Part shown: in pieces, positions 1 through 8,324 of the stretch
Numbering within the stretch: the first letter of the stretch is position 1
Layout of the letters: every line of letters starts with the position of its first letter
Source: a virus
Lineage: Duplodnaviria > Heunggongvirae > Uroviricota > Caudoviricetes
Strand: one strand, 5' to 3'
Virus record (IMG/VR): IMGVR_UViG_3300007072_000340
Location: 30,216-94,215 of that record
DNA: 64,000 nt
Translations under genes and position numbers: made by a program
The notes under the pieces: model-generated
Told to the model about the DNA's origin: nothing
The model's database searches: none
Seen by the model: only the letters and a program-made list of their open reading frames with translations

Positions 1-480
1 GACCTCCTCGGGCCGCACGACCTGATCGTGGTGGCCGTCCGACAGATGCAAGACGCAGTGCTCGACAATCTGGGCCTTGCGGCGGTATTCCAGTTGCGAA
101 GGCAGCGCCGAAAACGGCTTGATCCGCTGCTCCATTTCCGCCACGACCGCCTTGAAGAGGCCCGCGATCTTGGCACTGGCCTTGACCTTCTGCCGCTCAC
201 GGTTCCGCTCATCCGTCAGGTGGATGACTTCGGCTTCCAGTTCCAGGATGCGCTTGTCCGTGGGGTCATAATCCAGGATGACCTTGTGCTGGCCGCCGGC
301 CCGCTTCGGCGCAGGCGGCTCGCCATTGGGCCACTGCACGTCTTTGTGGACCCGGCCGGTGGCAATGTCGGACACGGTGCTGCGACTGACCTTGAATCGT
401 TTGGCAATCGCCGGCTGCGTGGTGCCGTCCGCGATGGCTTGCTTGATCTTCGCGACTTTCTTCTTTGTCAACTTCTTCAT
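1..480 (-). CDS. HTH-domain protein (N-terminal part; gene runs off window start)
   Basis: ATG at 480-478 on minus strand; translation MKKLTKKKVAKIKQAIADGTTQPAIAKRFKVSRSTVSDIATGRV... has a resolvase/Hin-type HTH followed by a coiled-coil-like region; no stop before position 1. The + strand ORF 28..1776 is antisense noise. Confidence 0.5.
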   Translation of the reverse strand, partial: MKKLTKKKVAKIKQAIADGTTQPAIAKRFKVSRSTVSDIATGRVHKDVQWPNGEPPAPKRAGGQHKVILDYDPTDKRILELEAEVIHLTDERNRERQKVKASAKIAGLFKAVVAEMEQRIKPFSALPSQLEYRRKAQIVEHCVLHLSDGHHDQVVRPEEV

Positions 481-597
481 GGTCTCTCCGTGTCGCGCTG
501 GCCGGTGAATGATGCAAGAGGGGAGGGGTGGCGCTGCCCCGTCACCGCCCGGCTCAAGTGCTGTCGGTCACAGGAAGCAGAAAATGGGGCAACCGAT

Positions 598-1584
598 TTA
601 CGGCCGACGAGCGCGACCGAGGAGACTGTCCAGGCCGTCTTGCAGCGGATGGCGAGCGTACTTCTCCACCCAACGGATAACGCTCTCGAAGTCGAACGGC
701 GGCTTGGCAGCGGGACCGCCGAACTCCGGCTCGCCGCCCGTGGGCCGACCGTTCGGAGCGACGGCCGCGTCTTCCACGGAAATGGCGTCGATTTCCTTCA
801 TCGTCGGCATTTCGACGCTGGGGTCGATGGCCCACTCGATCTTGCTGGCCTTCGCCCATTCGTGGATGCGCCGCACGGGAACGATGAAATTGAAGCCTTG
901 GAGCTTCTTCACGCCCTGGGTGAGCATCCCGATGTAGACGCCATCCGCCTTGAGGAACATGCCGCCGCCGGACGAACCGGGGAAGGCCACGGCCGTCACC
1001 TGGTCGAAGACCTTGACGTTGGCACCCTTCATCGGCAATGTCCGACCGGTTTGGCTCAAGACGCCGGTGGTATAGCTGTTGGCCCCAAACTGACCGAGCA
1101 GGCTGCCGCAGTGGCTCAACTCGACGCCGATGGGCGGAACGTAGTGGGCATCCTGATGGAACTTGGCGCACACGCTCGACGGATACGCGCCTTTGCAGCG
1201 GACCATCAGCAGGGCCAGGTCTTCACCGTAGTCGGCGTCGCTGACCTTGATTACCCTGCAATCGTACTTGACCTCGCCCACCCGGCGGCCATTCTGTTGC
1301 CGCTCCTGGACGATTTCGGCGTCGCGGTACTCGACGAGTATCTTCACCGTCCCCGCAGGCGTGACGACCGTGCGCGTGGTGCGCAGGCCATCGACGACAT
1401 GAGCGGCCGTCCATACGAAGGTCACGGTGTCGTCGCCGATCTTCCGGGTGACGAGGGTGCCGGAGCCTTGGGCGTTGCCGGCCTTGATGGTGACGCTCAC
1501 CCGCTGCAAATCATCAGGGACGCTGGCCACCGCCGGGGCGACGGCCAGAGCAACCAGGGTCAGGACCAACAGCACGTACTTCAT
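598..1584 (-). CDS. Trypsin-like (S1 family) serine protease, secreted
   Basis: Signal peptide MKYVLLVLTLVALAVAPAVA at the internal ATG (1584); His motif TAAHVV, Asp DLALL, Ser motif GSSGGG in canonical order. Confidence 0.7.
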   Translation of the reverse strand: MKYVLLVLTLVALAVAPAVASVPDDLQRVSVTIKAGNAQGSGTLVTRKIGDDTVTFVWTAAHVVDGLRTTRTVVTPAGTVKILVEYRDAEIVQERQQNGRRVGEVKYDCRVIKVSDADYGEDLALLMVRCKGAYPSSVCAKFHQDAHYVPPIGVELSHCGSLLGQFGANSYTTGVLSQTGRTLPMKGANVKVFDQVTAVAFPGSSGGGMFLKADGVYIGMLTQGVKKLQGFNFIVPVRRIHEWAKASKIEWAIDPSVEMPTMKEIDAISVEDAAVAPNGRPTGGEPEFGGPAAKPPFDFESVIRWVEKYARHPLQDGLDSLLGRARRP

Positions 1585-1624
1585 CGTTGCAATCTCCAGA
1601 GGTTGAAAAGGTTTCGCGCACAGA

Positions 1625-1990
1625 TCAATGCCGGACTTGGGCGGATTCGCTTTCGCATTCGTCCTCGTCCCGATCGACCGATTCGTCCGGCCCATTGGCA
1701 ATCTCTACTTCCACTTGGCTCTCGTATTCAGGCTGCAACCGGTTCACGAGGGCCGTGGCGATCCTGTCACGAATAGCCTCGTCGTGCCCCCAACGCCGGA
1801 GGCGCGAATTCAGCCGCACTACGACCTCGCCTTCCACGGCCACGTCGTCCCCATCTGAGGCATGGGACTCCCATTCGCACGGCGAATGCGAGAAAAGCCG
1901 TTGCAGCACATCGAGGACGCTAGCCTCCGTTCCAGCGCGACCGTTGTACTTGCCTTTGGCGATGGTGATGTGGCAGCGAACATAGTTCAC
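1625..1990 (-). CDS. Small acidic hypothetical protein (GTG start overlapping helicase stop)
   Basis: GTGA start/stop overlap with upstream helicase; about 120 aa, acidic C-terminus (DESVDRDEDECESE). Rest of the 1625..2716 ORF lies inside the helicase and is not coding. Confidence 0.35.
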   Translation of the reverse strand: MNYVRCHITIAKGKYNGRAGTEASVLDVLQRLFSHSPCEWESHASDGDDVAVEGEVVVRLNSRLRRWGHDEAIRDRIATALVNRLQPEYESQVEVEIANGPDESVDRDEDECESESAQVRH

Positions 1991-4023
1991 GATGCGACCT
2001 CCTCCACCGACATCTCGCCCTCCTCGCCGGCATCCTTCCAATCGACGCCTTGGAGGATTTCGCCCATTGTCATTAGCTCCAGCTTTCGGTTGGCGCGAAT
2101 CACGTCCAACACACGGTCGTCGCTGGGCAGATGGATCAGGTCCACGATGGTACAGCCCAGGTTCTCGTCCATGCCTTTGCGGTGGATGCGATCCTCGCTC
2201 TGGACGCGGTACTCCGGCTTCCACGAATTGGACCAATAGACCGCCATGCGGGCCTCCACCAGCGTCAGGCTCATGCCGCCCGACTCCGGGTTGGCGACAA
2301 AGACGACCTTGCCGTGGTCTTCCAGGTTGCCCCAGTAGTCCAGCGGCTCTTCGCCGGTTACAGGGACGCCCTCCGGGCTGTCGCTCTTGGACGCGAGAAC
2401 CTGAAAGCTGCCCTGATCGCAGCGCACCACGTCCCACTTTTCCTTCAGACACAGCTTGACGATGCGATCCACGGAGCCGGTGAAGCCGGCGAAGACCACC
2501 AGCCGCCCGACTTCCTCGTTTTCGTCCAGCAACATCTTCAAGGCGGCGTCCTTCGGGCAGGGCACTTCCCGAGTGACGCGCACCATCCTGGGGACTTCCC
2601 GCTTGCCATTGCACAGCGGGCAGGGGACGGTCTGTTTGACGAGGCGGGCCAGCAGGTCCGGGTCCAGCATGTCGATGGCCTGATAGCGGGCCTCGGGAGC
2701 TTCCGGGTCCAACCACTGGGCAACGGTGCCGTCCGTGCAGTGCGTACAGGGCGTCATGCCGTCCTGAACTTCGCGGTATTGGAATCCGTCGCTCAGTTCC
2801 CGCAGCAACGTCATGCCGGTCACGGCGTTCGGGGCGGCACGGACGATGGATTCCGCCACGCGCAGGATGCTGGCCGTAGGCTTGCAGACGACCTTGCGGT
2901 ATCGTTTCTCGGGCAGGTGCAGGCAGTCCTTCTTGTGCTTGACGACCACCAGCCCCTTGAGCCGTTCGTAGAGGTAGGCGACCTCGTTCTTGCTGGCCTC
3001 AAACGGGTGGTAGTCTTCCGGGTCCGTCGCGCCGTCCAACTCGTGCGGCCCTTCCTCGAACGTGTCGCCGCACTTGGCGCACTTGCGTTCGTCGTCCTTC
3101 CAGCCGATGCGCTTCTTGAACTTGCCGGCATCGAATTGCTGCTCGACCATGAAGGCCAGCCGTTCCTCCATCGCCCGGCGGCTGCCCTCTTTCAGGAAGC
3201 CCGGCCAAGTGATCTCGCACTGACTCCACCAGTCGCACGGCGTCTTCGGCGACGGCGTGCCGGACATGAGGATCACGTAGCCGTCGTAGCCGTGTTTCTC
3301 GCGGATCAGGTCGGCGAGTTTCTGGCAGGCTTTCGAGCGTTGCGACGTGTCGTTCTTGCATCGGCTCGATTCGTCCGCCACGAAGAATCGCGGTGGCGGC
3401 TGGGTGCCGTCCCATTCATCCATCACCCGGACCAGCCCTTCGTAGGTGAAGAACTCGACCTGGATGCGATCGAAGGGAAAGCCCCAGAGCTTGAACTCGC
3501 GTTTGATGTTCGGGATGCTGGTCTTCGGTCCCGCCCACCACACCAGATCGACGCCCGACTTCTCAATCACCATCTGGGCGGCCAAGGTCTTGCCAACACC
3601 CATTTCCGCGCCGAATATCTGGTAGTGGTATGTCAGGCCGGTATCGGCCATGTCCGCTTGGTGCGGCATCAATGTCTGCGGTACGCCGCCGCGCATTAAC
3701 GGACGATACTCGTGCCGCACAACCGGCCGATCGAACCAGGCGTAAACGTCCTCGCCGCAGAGGTAGCCGATCTGGAACCGATTGCGATGGCAGTCGTCCA
3801 CCGACCAGACCATCTTCTTGGCGTACTCGCCCTCGTGGTCGTAGCCGTGGAAGTGTGCGCCGCGCATGGCCCGGACTTCCGCCGAAAGGCCGTAGCGGGT
3901 CTTCGTGCCCACCTTGCCGTCCCAGAAGTAGATGCGGCCGTCCTTCCGCTCCAACAGCACCGGCACGCGGATGCGCGTACCGCTGGAGGTGGTGGCTTCA
4001 ACCTTGACTGCCTCAACCGACAT
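1987..4023 (-). CDS. SNF2-family (SF2) helicase
   Basis: Walker A-like GAEMGVGKT, DEAH-like DESSRC, motif VI QSEDRIHRKG; C-terminal helicase domain; Zn-ribbon-like CxxC pairs in the insertion. Confidence 0.8.
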   Translation of the reverse strand: MSVEAVKVEATTSSGTRIRVPVLLERKDGRIYFWDGKVGTKTRYGLSAEVRAMRGAHFHGYDHEGEYAKKMVWSVDDCHRNRFQIGYLCGEDVYAWFDRPVVRHEYRPLMRGGVPQTLMPHQADMADTGLTYHYQIFGAEMGVGKTLAAQMVIEKSGVDLVWWAGPKTSIPNIKREFKLWGFPFDRIQVEFFTYEGLVRVMDEWDGTQPPPRFFVADESSRCKNDTSQRSKACQKLADLIREKHGYDGYVILMSGTPSPKTPCDWWSQCEITWPGFLKEGSRRAMEERLAFMVEQQFDAGKFKKRIGWKDDERKCAKCGDTFEEGPHELDGATDPEDYHPFEASKNEVAYLYERLKGLVVVKHKKDCLHLPEKRYRKVVCKPTASILRVAESIVRAAPNAVTGMTLLRELSDGFQYREVQDGMTPCTHCTDGTVAQWLDPEAPEARYQAIDMLDPDLLARLVKQTVPCPLCNGKREVPRMVRVTREVPCPKDAALKMLLDENEEVGRLVVFAGFTGSVDRIVKLCLKEKWDVVRCDQGSFQVLASKSDSPEGVPVTGEEPLDYWGNLEDHGKVVFVANPESGGMSLTLVEARMAVYWSNSWKPEYRVQSEDRIHRKGMDENLGCTIVDLIHLPSDDRVLDVIRANRKLELMTMGEILQGVDWKDAGEEGEMSVEEVAS

Positions 4024-5635
4024 TCAATCTCCCTCGTGCGATCTCGCAGTTGTGTTCGGTCAACTCGACACCAATGCAACGGCGGCCAAGGCGCTTGGCT
4101 GCCAGTAGCGTCGAACCGCTACCGGCAAAGGGATCGAGAATCACACCGCCATCCGGGGTCGAGAGCAGCGTCAGCAGGTACTCCATAAGAGCAACTGGTT
4201 TAACGCACGGATGCAGATTGCCTCGCCTTCCTCTTGCGCTTATCTGCGATAGCACTCGCAATACAGCACTGACGGCACCAAGGAGAGATGCAAGTTCGTC
4301 GCCTGTAGAAGTCCGCAATCGGTCGATGTTGTCCGCAACGTCGGCAGGGTTTAATCCAGCCGCCAGCAGCGTCTTGATAGCACCCAGAATGGATGCGCTT
4401 GTGTTCGAGGAAACTGAGAAGTTGCAGGTTCTCAATTCGGTTGTCAGTCTTGTCAAGGTTGACATGGTGAACGCAATGGCCGTCCGGGATTGGTCCGTAA
4501 TGCCGCTCCCAGACAACATCGTGTTCCATTCGGAGCCGCCCAGACGGTCCATGCCGATAGCGGATATAGCCCTTACGTGTCGGAGCGTATCGTCCATCTC
4601 TTGGCTTAGGTCCACGTCGTCCCATGTCACCACCTTGTCGCAACCTCTGTTTCGCTCTTTCGTGGTGGCCTTGGCCGTATAGAAAAACCGGCTCGCCCCG
4701 CCGGAGTCGCCGTAGGCCACCTGCGCATCGCCGGCCTTGCCCATGCCGCCGTGGTAGCCGTCGCCGGCCTTCGTTCGCACGACACCGGTGCCGCTCTTGA
4801 GCGTCCCGGTCTGAGCATCGAGAAGGCGGGCGGCCTCTTCATCCAGCAAGAGATTGGCCGGCCAGCGTCCTTTGGTGGACTCGATGAACTGGCTGCCCTT
4901 CTTCTCGGCCGATTGCTTGATCCGCTCGCCTTGCTTGCCGTGGAAGGTCGTGCCGTTGCGGTCGGCGTTGTACTTGTAGCCGGGGTTGTCGCCGATGCGG
5001 CAGGCGTCGATGTTCATCCCCGCCACGCCCCACGTCAGGGCATTGTGGGCGATGGTGCCATCCATCGGCTTCATCGCCAGGGTTATCGGTTCCCAGCAGG
5101 GTTTCAGGGCATTAGCCCAGCCCGTCCACTTGGCGGCCTCGGGGGTCGCCGGAGCGGTAATGGCGCACTCGGCTTCGGGGTTGTGCAGATCGCCGTAGAC
5201 CTCGTTCGTGCGGCCGTTGTCCGCCAGCGAGTAACCCGGCCGTCCGAGTTTCGTGCCGACGACTTCGCGCACCGCGCCCCTCGCTTTGTCGATCATCTTG
5301 CCGATGTCGGCCGCTTTAGGGAAACCTTGCCCGTAGAGCCACATGAGGCAGTCCCGAATCTCCCACCCGGCATCCTCGATGGCGCAGGCCAGCCGGTGAT
5401 AGGTTCGCGTGCCGCCAAAGGCCAGCATCAGCGCGCCAGGCTTACACACCCGACCGATGGCCCGCCAGAACTCGGGACCAGGAACCTCATGGTCCCAGTC
5501 CTTTTCCATGAATGAATACCCGTAGGGCGGGTCCGTCACCACGCAATCCACGCTGTTCTCCGGCAGCGTCGGCAGCACTTGCCGCAGATCGCCGCAGTAC
5601 AGAGTCAGCTTGTCTTGCTCGAAGCAGGGTTGCAT
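4013..5635 (-). CDS. DNA methyltransferase (beta-class N6-adenine/N4-cytosine, phage type), with a ~140-codon atypical insertion
   Basis: Motif IV DPPYGY near N-terminus, GASRFFYTAKATTKER block, C-terminal HPCVKP...VILDPFAGSGSTLLAA (motif I, FxGxG). Start taken at MQPCFEQDKL (ATG 5635). The reading frame passes through the HNH ORF region (4200-4643) in a different frame. Confidence 0.75.
   Translation of the reverse strand: MQPCFEQDKLTLYCGDLRQVLPTLPENSVDCVVTDPPYGYSFMEKDWDHEVPGPEFWRAIGRVCKPGALMLAFGGTRTYHRLACAIEDAGWEIRDCLMWLYGQGFPKAADIGKMIDKARGAVREVVGTKLGRPGYSLADNGRTNEVYGDLHNPEAECAITAPATPEAAKWTGWANALKPCWEPITLAMKPMDGTIAHNALTWGVAGMNIDACRIGDNPGYKYNADRNGTTFHGKQGERIKQSAEKKGSQFIESTKGRWPANLLLDEEAARLLDAQTGTLKSGTGVVRTKAGDGYHGGMGKAGDAQVAYGDSGGASRFFYTAKATTKERNRGCDKVVTWDDVDLSQEMDDTLRHVRAISAIGMDRLGGSEWNTMLSGSGITDQSRTAIAFTMSTLTRLTTELRTCNFSVSSNTSASILGAIKTLLAAGLNPADVADNIDRLRTSTGDELASLLGAVSAVLRVLSQISARGRRGNLHPCVKPVALMEYLLTLLSTPDGGVILDPFAGSGSTLLAAKRLGRRCIGVELTEHNCEIARGRLNVG
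4200..4643 (-). CDS. HNH endonuclease ORF embedded out-of-frame inside the methyltransferase gene
   Basis: Classic HNH core EHDVVWERHYGPIPDGHCVHHVNLDKTDNRIENLQLLSFLEHKRIH plus Cys-rich tail; frame offset -1 relative to the MTase; its TAA stop overlaps the V-K codons just before MTase HPCVKP. Confidence 0.6.
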   Translation of the reverse strand: MRQGGDMGRRGPKPRDGRYAPTRKGYIRYRHGPSGRLRMEHDVVWERHYGPIPDGHCVHHVNLDKTDNRIENLQLLSFLEHKRIHSGCYQDAAGGWIKPCRRCGQHRPIADFYRRRTCISPWCRQCCIASAIADKRKRKARQSASVR

Positions 5636-5709
5636 GGCAACGACGATTAGGATGAAAGACGCGCTGGTCGCTACAAGGGACAACGCAGGACGCCGGCAAA
5701 TCCCGAGTG

Positions 5710-6237
5710 CTACCGGCCCCTTTTGTCTTCCAGCAGCAGGTAGGTCTGGTCCGGGCTGCTGCGGGTCGTGCAATCCGGCCAGACATTCAGGCCGGCGGCC
5801 GTGAACAAGCCGTGCAGCTTGTTGAAGCAGTGGCGCACCGTAGTCGGCACGCCCTTGGCACAGCCGGAAAGGACGGCATCCCGCCATTGGGCAAGGGTGC
5901 CGGTGACGACTGCCGCCTGTACGCCCCGCACGATGGTTTCCACCGCTACAAACGGAAGGCCCGCGCAAAGCTGAAGTATGTCGAGCATGTCTCGCTCGTC
6001 GGCAGCGATAAACGCGCTGAACGAAACGTGCTGCAATAGGTGGGGTGACAGCCCCACCGGTGCCCGCACGTCCCGAAGTGCTGCCAAGCAGCTCAGGAAC
6101 CGCTCGGCGTCCGATAGCTCCCGCCGGCAGGCGTCCGTAGATGCAGCGGGCGAGCGGCCCAACACCTTATGGCTGAGGCCAATGAAGGTGCGGAAGTCGA
6201 TGGATGGAACCTGGATTAGGACTGCATCAGGCATCAT
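5710..6237 (-). CDS. Hypothetical protein
   Basis: 175-aa ORF directly upstream of the MTase on the same strand; no recognisable motifs. Confidence 0.4.
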   Translation of the reverse strand: MMPDAVLIQVPSIDFRTFIGLSHKVLGRSPAASTDACRRELSDAERFLSCLAALRDVRAPVGLSPHLLQHVSFSAFIAADERDMLDILQLCAGLPFVAVETIVRGVQAAVVTGTLAQWRDAVLSGCAKGVPTTVRHCFNKLHGLFTAAGLNVWPDCTTRSSPDQTYLLLEDKRGR

Positions 6238-6394
6238 GGTTTAGTGGACGCCGCTTGCTGGAATCCCATTCACTGACGATCCGGTAGAGGCCGTGGCACG
6301 CCCGGTCCAGGTTCCCGCGGTCCGGCCGCGGCCAAGCGAAAGAGAGCAAGAAGCCGAGGGCGGTCGCCGTCGCCACCCTCGGCCGAAGAGGGGA

Positions 6395-7132
6395 CTACCG
6401 GGCGCGGGCCGGCTTGCTGTCCTGGACCTTCTCGACGCCGTTGTCCTTGATCGTGAGGAACTTGGTGATTTCCCGCACGATTACCTCCTGCGGAGGCAGC
6501 TTCGTGAACGGCGCGGAGCACATCACCACGACCGGGACATGCCACGTCCCCTTGCGGTTCTCGGCCACCTTCGTCTTCAGCGTGACCGGGATCGGGCCGT
6601 GCGGCTTGAGATCGCCCACGTCGTTGCCGGCCGCCGCCTTGGCGTCGATGTCGGCCTGGGTGAGCGGCAGGAACGGAAAGATTTTCTTCGCCTCGATGCG
6701 GCTCGACTTGTTGCCGCAGAAGAACTCCAGGAAGCGGCCGGTCGAGCGCTCGTAGACGAGGAACGACGGGCCGTACTGGCAGTGGGAATCGGCCTCGGCG
6801 GACTTCGTGGCGATCCGGTTGAACTCCTCCGATTCCATATCGTAGGAAATCACCAGCGCCTCCATGTCGGTCATGTCGATGGCCTTCGGCCGGCGGGCCA
6901 GCGGGAGCAGGTCCACGGACGGCCCCAGGTCGATGATCTCTTCATCGGACTCCGGGATGCCGTAGTGGCCCGAGGGGATCAGGCCCTTCATGTTGGCCTT
7001 GCTCTTGGTGTACAGTTGCATCCGGCCGATGTAGTCGCCTCCCTTCGCCAGTTCGGCGAACTGGTCGTCGGTGCCGAGTTGGGTGCTGGGAAGCTGGCCG
7101 AGATTGACGGGGACCATTGCGGTGTTGGACAT
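6395..7132 (-). CDS. Hypothetical phage protein
   Basis: 245-aa ORF with ordinary amino-acid composition (MSNTAMVPVNLGQL...), unlike the overlapping GC-rich + strand ORF 6293..7363 (R/G/A-rich, judged noise); function not recognised. Confidence 0.55.
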   Translation of the reverse strand: MSNTAMVPVNLGQLPSTQLGTDDQFAELAKGGDYIGRMQLYTKSKANMKGLIPSGHYGIPESDEEIIDLGPSVDLLPLARRPKAIDMTDMEALVISYDMESEEFNRIATKSAEADSHCQYGPSFLVYERSTGRFLEFFCGNKSSRIEAKKIFPFLPLTQADIDAKAAAGNDVGDLKPHGPIPVTLKTKVAENRKGTWHVPVVVMCSAPFTKLPPQEVIVREITKFLTIKDNGVEKVQDSKPARAR

Positions 7133-7152
7133 GGTTGTGGTCTCTGTTGGGT

Positions 7153-8175
7153 TCAGGGTTCGGGACTCAAGAAGGTGGGCTGCTCGTCGTTGTCGTTCAG
7201 GTTCTCGTTGCTCGGCTCTTCGTCACATGGCTCTACCCTCCGCTTCAATTCCGCGCTGGTCCGCGCTAGGATTTTCTCTCGCTGTTCACGGATGCTCTCT
7301 TCGTCCAGGTGCAGTGCCCATTGCAGAGCCAAGTACCAGCCGTCCAGCGGCGTCTTGCACTGAGCGGTTGTCAGCGCCAAGCCGCCGAGGCGATGCTCGC
7401 GGTACTCAGCCAGCACGTCCTTCAACGGCCGCAAGTAGGGCACCGGCTCGAAGTCCCGGCAGAAGTCGTGCAGCTTCCCTTGTCGGGCGTCCTCCTGAAT
7501 CCGCCGCAGCAGTCGGGCCGCGATCGGCGCGAACTCTCTTGCCGGGGCTGTTTTCGCCAACGCCAGGAGTTGCGCCTGACGAACGTGCGGCAGCTTGGCG
7601 AGCACGTAGGCCGACCTCAGCGGTATCTCGCCCCGCTCCACCGCCTTCTGGATGTCCGCCCGCAGGCCGAGCAGATTGAGCTGCTGCCGTATCCATTCCG
7701 GGGCCTTGTGAGTCAGGTTGCTCACCTCCGCCAAGGTGGCATCTCTTCCCTCCCGGGCGGCCACGGCATCCATGATCCGCTGAATCTGCCGGGCGTACTC
7801 GATGACCGTCGTCTCGGGCCGCAGCGCGTTGGCCTGAATCTGAATCGCCAATACGTCTTCGTCCGTGAGGTTGTGCTTGACGACGCAGGGCAGCGCCGGC
7901 AACCGCAATTCCACCGCGGCCGTCCGCCGATAGAGGCCATCCACCACTTCGTAGTAGCCTGGCCGCCGCGGGGCCGGGCGCACGCAGATGGAATTGAGGA
8001 GGCCCTGATGGGCGATGGAATCCCGCAGTTCCAGGTACTCGACGGACTCGCGGTTCACGACTCGCAGGATCACCCACGGTTCGACGATCTTGGCCAGAGG
8101 AATCAGGCGGAACTCGTCGGTCGGTGGACGGGGCATCGTCGGTCCTACGCGGGCATCCGCGTCATTCGTAGACAC
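7153..8175 (-). CDS. ParB-like nuclease domain protein
   Basis: N-terminal ParB/Srx motifs: LIPLAKIVEPWVILRVVNRESVEYLELRDSIAHQGLLNSICVRP...YEVVDGLYRRTAAV; helical C-terminal DNA-binding region. Confidence 0.75.
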   Translation of the reverse strand: MSTNDADARVGPTMPRPPTDEFRLIPLAKIVEPWVILRVVNRESVEYLELRDSIAHQGLLNSICVRPAPRRPGYYEVVDGLYRRTAAVELRLPALPCVVKHNLTDEDVLAIQIQANALRPETTVIEYARQIQRIMDAVAAREGRDATLAEVSNLTHKAPEWIRQQLNLLGLRADIQKAVERGEIPLRSAYVLAKLPHVRQAQLLALAKTAPAREFAPIAARLLRRIQEDARQGKLHDFCRDFEPVPYLRPLKDVLAEYREHRLGGLALTTAQCKTPLDGWYLALQWALHLDEESIREQREKILARTSAELKRRVEPCDEEPSNENLNDNDEQPTFLSPEP

Positions 8176-8250
8176 CTATAAAAGACTGCCAAACCGGCCG
8201 TTTTTTCAGCAATTCCTGAAATTCGCGGGCATTTGGCAGTCTTTTATAGG
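8175..8250. promoter_or_regulatory. Divergent intergenic region with 19-bp inverted repeat (cctataaaagactgccaaa / tttggcagtcttttatagg) and conserved ~50-bp motif
   Basis: Arms at 8175-8193 and 8232-8250; the motif cctataaaagactgccaaaNcgccgttttttcag recurs at 48801-48850. Confidence 0.5.
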
Positions 8251-8324
8251 TATCTACCCAGACCAGTTTCGATGGTCTGCGCCCGGCGCGTTGACGCGCC
8301 CGACGAGAATCGCCCGACGCGGCC

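Noticed and set aside
28-1776. 582-aa + strand ORF
   Set aside because: Antisense to the HTH gene and the S1 protease gene; R/G/A-rich composition typical of wrong-frame ORFs in high-GC DNA.
2131-3699. 522-aa + strand ORF and other long ORFs overlapping the helicase
   Set aside because: Antisense to a gene with clear SNF2 motifs; low-complexity R/A/G-rich translation.
4200-4643. Intein interpretation of the MTase insertion
   Set aside because: HNH ORF is in a different frame from the MTase, insert lacks Cys/Ser start and HN-Cys/Ser/Thr end, and is too short for splicing domains plus endonuclease.
8175-8250. Inverted repeat as a simple intrinsic terminator
   Set aside because: Arms are 38 bp apart and the same motif recurs at another divergent promoter without an inverted partner; regulatory site more likely.
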